Shown: positions 56,866 to 64,000 of the stretch, one piece after another | Layout of the letters: each line of letters starts with the position of its first letter | Position numbering within the stretch: the stretch's first letter is position 1 | Assembly (NCBI RefSeq): GCF_009914755.1 | Contig: NC_060938.1 | Length of the DNA: 64,000 bases | Source of the DNA: the human T2T-CHM13v2.0 reference genome, Homo sapiens | Direction: 5' to 3' (one strand) | Made by a program: the position numbers and the translations under genes | The notes under the pieces: model-generated | Told to the model about the DNA's origin: nothing | The model's database searches: none | Seen by the model: the letters and a program-made list of their open reading frames with translations, nothing else

Positions 56866-57740
56866 GAAATTTTACAGAAGTACAACTCCTAACAGAATAA
56901 TGCTGGCCTGGCGCTTTGAAATGATTGCAAAAAAACTATGGAACAGACAAAATTGAACTCAATAATGGACTCTAAGTAGACTTAGCTGACAGCCACTCCC
57001 TTCGAACCTCCCTCGTTGTTCACAGGTGGCTAGAAGGTTTTGACACTGGCTCCTAGTCCCCAATCACTCCCTGCAGTGTGGGACAAGACTGGCAGCCAGG
57101 ACAGATCCACCCTGGTATCAAGGGACAATCAAGACCCAGCCACAGGATGACTGACCAGCGATGCTTTCAGAGAGAGATGCTGACCAGAGGCGGAAACGTG
57201 AAGGCTGTCAGAATGAGAATGGAGTCATTTGTATTTTAAAAGGCAAACACCAAACAAAAAAAAACCCTGAGAAATAGAGCCAGGTGAGGCTGTGAAGAGA
57301 GCATTCTCATGCTTGTTTGTCCTATCACGACTGTCAACGATCACAAAAGACTGCAAAAACCACAACCTGCACAAAGGCCGTCACAACCTTCCACAAATAA
57401 TACTTCTGCAAGGACATCTACCCAGCAACTGCCTGTCCAACCTTGGACCGGCGTCGGCCTTGTTATTGACCTTCATGGCCAAGGCTGATTATCTCAAAAC
57501 AATTATGTAATCCTCCTCACTTTTCCTTTAAAAGCTATTCTCTCCCTTTACCTTCCTAAAGTACACACATAGCTCACTATGACATGCATATTCCCATTGC
57601 AATGCCCTGTTCGCAGATACCTTTTTCTTTGAGAGAGCCTCTCTCTGTTTATTTTGTTGACAAACCAAGAAAAGTCATTAGGAATAAAGAGGATCAGCAC
57701 AATGTGATGAACAATTCAACACATCAGAAATAAAAGTTCT

Positions 57741-58025
57741 GACTGGGCACGGTGGCTCACGCCTGTAATCTAAGCACTTTGGGAGGCCAAGGCGGGTGGG
57801 TCACCTGAGGTCAGGAGTTCGAGACCAGCCTGGCCACTACTAAAAAATACAAAAATTAGCCAGGCGTGGAGGTGAGTGCCTGTAATCCCAGCTACTCAGT
57901 AGGCTGAGGCAGGAGAATTGCTTGAACCCCAGGAAGCAGAGGTTGCAGTAAGCTGAGATCGCACCACTGCACTCCAGCCAGGGCGACAGAGCAAGACTCT
58001 GTCTCAAAAAAAAATAATAATAAAT
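57741..58025 (+). mobile_element. AluS
   Basis: Alu consensus. Confidence 0.9.
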
Positions 58026-58029
58026 AACA

Positions 58030-59110
<1,081 letters not shown>

Positions 59111-59112
59111 TA

Positions 59113-59578
<466 letters not shown>

Positions 59579-59905
59579 AGATAAAATAGATATACAAGAT
59601 ATATATTGTATATACAGATATTTCAATTAAAATATATAAAATATGAAATTATGTATTTCATTACATGTCTAAGATTCTCAGAGTGGCCATGGCAACCAGT
59701 GTCTCTCAAGATGGCAGCTGTGGTGTCAGCATGGGTCCCAGAATGGGTGGAGCAGAGCGCCCAGTGGACCCTCAAGGGAGCTGGAACATCAGTGAGAAAT
59801 CACCTTTGTTGTAGGAAGTCACTGAGACAGGGACAGTGTGGTCAGCAGAGCCTCCTTGACTGAGGTGTGCCCGACGCTGAGCGTGTCCTTTTCTAAGTTC
59901 TCCTT

Positions 59906-60248
59906 TCAGTCTACGTCAGTCTGCATCAGTCTATGTCAGTCCATGTCAGTCTATGTCAGTCTACGTCAGTCCACGTCAGTCTATGTCAGTCCACGTCAAT
60001 CTACATCAGTCTATGTCAGTCTATGTCAGTGCATTTCAGTCTACATCAGTCCATGTCAGTCTACAACAGTCTACGTCAGTCCACGTCAGTCTACGTCAGT
60101 CTACATCAGTCCATGTCAGTCTACGTCAGTCCATGTCAGTCTACGTCAGTCTACGCCAGTCTGTCAGTCTATGTCAGTCTATGTTAGTCTATGTCAGTCC
60201 ATGTCAGTCTATGCCAGTCTATGTTAGTCTATGTCAGTCTATGTCAGT
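59906..60248. repeat. Decamer tandem repeat (CAGTCTAYGT)n, ~34 copies
   Basis: 10-bp period visible. Confidence 0.95.
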
Positions 60249-60838
60249 AAGTAAAAGGGATTTTTGCTGAAACATTTCTTTGTCATGCCTGTGGCTAGCC
60301 GCCCAGATACCCTCTACAGAAAAGAGTCAATGTTATCAGAAATAGTTTATGCATATTCAAGCAAAATCATACTTTTTCTCCTTTTTTATAACACAAACGA
60401 TTGCATGTTTTACATCCTGTTCTGAACCCTGTTTCTTTCGCTTTATATTTTGGAAATTATTCCATAGTAGTACATGTATATTTTCCTAATCAGTTTTTAT
60501 AGCAAAATAATATTCCATTGCTAGAAGGTAGCAATATTTATTTATTTAACCAGTGCCCTATTGATGGACCTTTGAGAAGTTTCCAGTCTTTTGCTATTAC
60601 AAACAATACTGGGTTAACCTTTAGTATACTGGAAAAAAGAATTATATAATAATTTACCTTGGGTCCAAAGGACCCTTTTAATTTTATTTATATTTTAAGT
60701 AGCCTCATAATAATTTACAGAAGAATAAAGGGATCATAACAAACAACCTTATTAGAAATTATAATAAGAATGTAAGTGTAGGAAACCCAAATTTCAATCC
60801 CAAATTTTCCTGTTTTGAAAGTATATATACCAAGAAAG

Positions 60839-62066
<1,228 letters not shown>

Positions 62067-62586
62067 ACTAGGCAATGTCCTTTGCTTTCCACTTACTGCT
62101 CATGCCCTGTCTTGTATGTTGAATCTAGAACATATCCATCTTGTAAAAACTGCTTCCAGATTTCAACTACATCTTTAGTAGGTTTTAGCTTATCATGACT
62201 TCTCACTCTTCTCTTTGAATCTGTGAAACCCAATACTTTTGAAAACTTTGACACTCATAATTTTGTTGAGAGGATGGCCATCTTCTTTGTTCCATAATTG
62301 TGAAATATTGTCATGGTTAGATTTATAAACCCCAATTAAATGGTCAATCCAATGAATTGTTTTCATTTCTTCATCATCTATTTCCTTCCAATCACCCCCG
62401 TGTATCCAACTTTATCATCCACTTACTGAATGTATCAAGTAAAGTATGTACACAAACATCGTAAAAGATGAAGAAATATTATCATGCATCCTTTTAACAA
62501 AATGTATCCCATTTCTTGTCACAAAACGTTGTGTTGCTAGTTCTTCCTGTTGAAGGACTGAATATGGATATGAGAATCCATAATTC

Positions 62587-62860
62587 AGCCGGGTGCGGTG
62601 GCTCATGCCTGTAATCCCGACACTTTGGGAGACCGAGGTGGGTGGATCACTTGAGCCCAGGAGTTCGAGACCAGACTGGGCAACATGACAAAACTCCGTC
62701 TCTACAAAAATTACAAAAAGTAGCTGGGCATGGTGGCTCGAGCCTGTAGTCCCAGCTATTAGGAAGGCTGGGGTGGGACTGCTTGAGCCTGGGAAGTCAA
62801 GGCTGCAGTGAGCCAAGATCACTCCACTGCACTCCAGCCTGGGCAACAGGAGCAAGATCC
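62587..62860 (+). mobile_element. AluJ
   Basis: Alu consensus. Confidence 0.9.
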
Positions 62861-62945
62861 AGATTTCCTTTTTGTCCTCAGATGCATATTGTTCACTCTT
62901 TGATGCTTGCATTTAAGAGAACTCATCTAGGGTATGGTCATCTGA

Positions 62946-63268
<323 letters not shown>

Positions 63269-63669
63269 AGAGATTTCTTTTCTATGATCCATTTTACCAT
63301 CACAATTGGCATCTTGACACAGTGCTGTTCTCTGTCTCTGCACACATCTCCTGATTGTCTAAGAAGCATGAGCCCCGTGAGTGTTGACTGCCAGAGTTCA
63401 CGCCCACCTTCTCTCCAGCCAATTGCCTTGGAAGAATAGGTACTGCCTTGTCTGATAAGTCAGCAGCGAATGACAGACTCACAATGTGAAATGCCCATCC
63501 CTTGCTTTGATGTGGGATGAACCCAGATGCAATTTTTGCTCCAAGCTTTCCATGGGACCAGACTGAAGCCACACGGACCCCACCCGAGACCACAGCCGTG
63601 CTTACCCTTTTTCCTTTGCCCTCTCCGATTTTCCTCACTCTCTTCTCCTTAGAAAGCTGATATAGTTTG

Positions 63670-63999
<330 letters not shown>

Positions 64000-64000
64000 T

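Overview
Human genomic DNA; a near-consensus young AluYg6 supports human origin. The window holds the complete EIF5 gene on the + strand (chr14q32, location from recall). EIF5 has a CpG-island promoter at ~43.3-45.3 kb, two non-coding 5' exons, ten coding exons (45720-50911; 1296 nt = 431 aa + stop, all phases checked by hand) and a long 3'UTR with several poly(A) signals. The H/ACA snoRNA SNORA28 lies in an intron, and the 5'UTR carries the known poor-context uAUG/overlapping-uORF autoregulatory module. The rest is repeat-dense intergenic DNA: about 65 Alus, L1 and MIR fragments, Tigger1, Tigger3, Charlie, MER53, MADE1, MLT1, an internally deleted MER65 provirus, two piggyBac (Looper) relics facing each other around EIF5, three minisatellites and long GA-rich tracts. 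The most notable unexplained structures are several templated-insertion/fold-back scars (including a 60-bp inverted copy of DNA from 8 kb away inside an Alu, and a hairpin with a 34-bp stem), a chain of antisense exon-like segments upstream of the promoter, a candidate 3'UTR intron, and a distal poly(A) signal at an LTR junction. I cannot show a new biological system from sequence alone. Repeat family names come from recognising consensus sequences by eye, not from a database search, and repeat boundaries are approximate.
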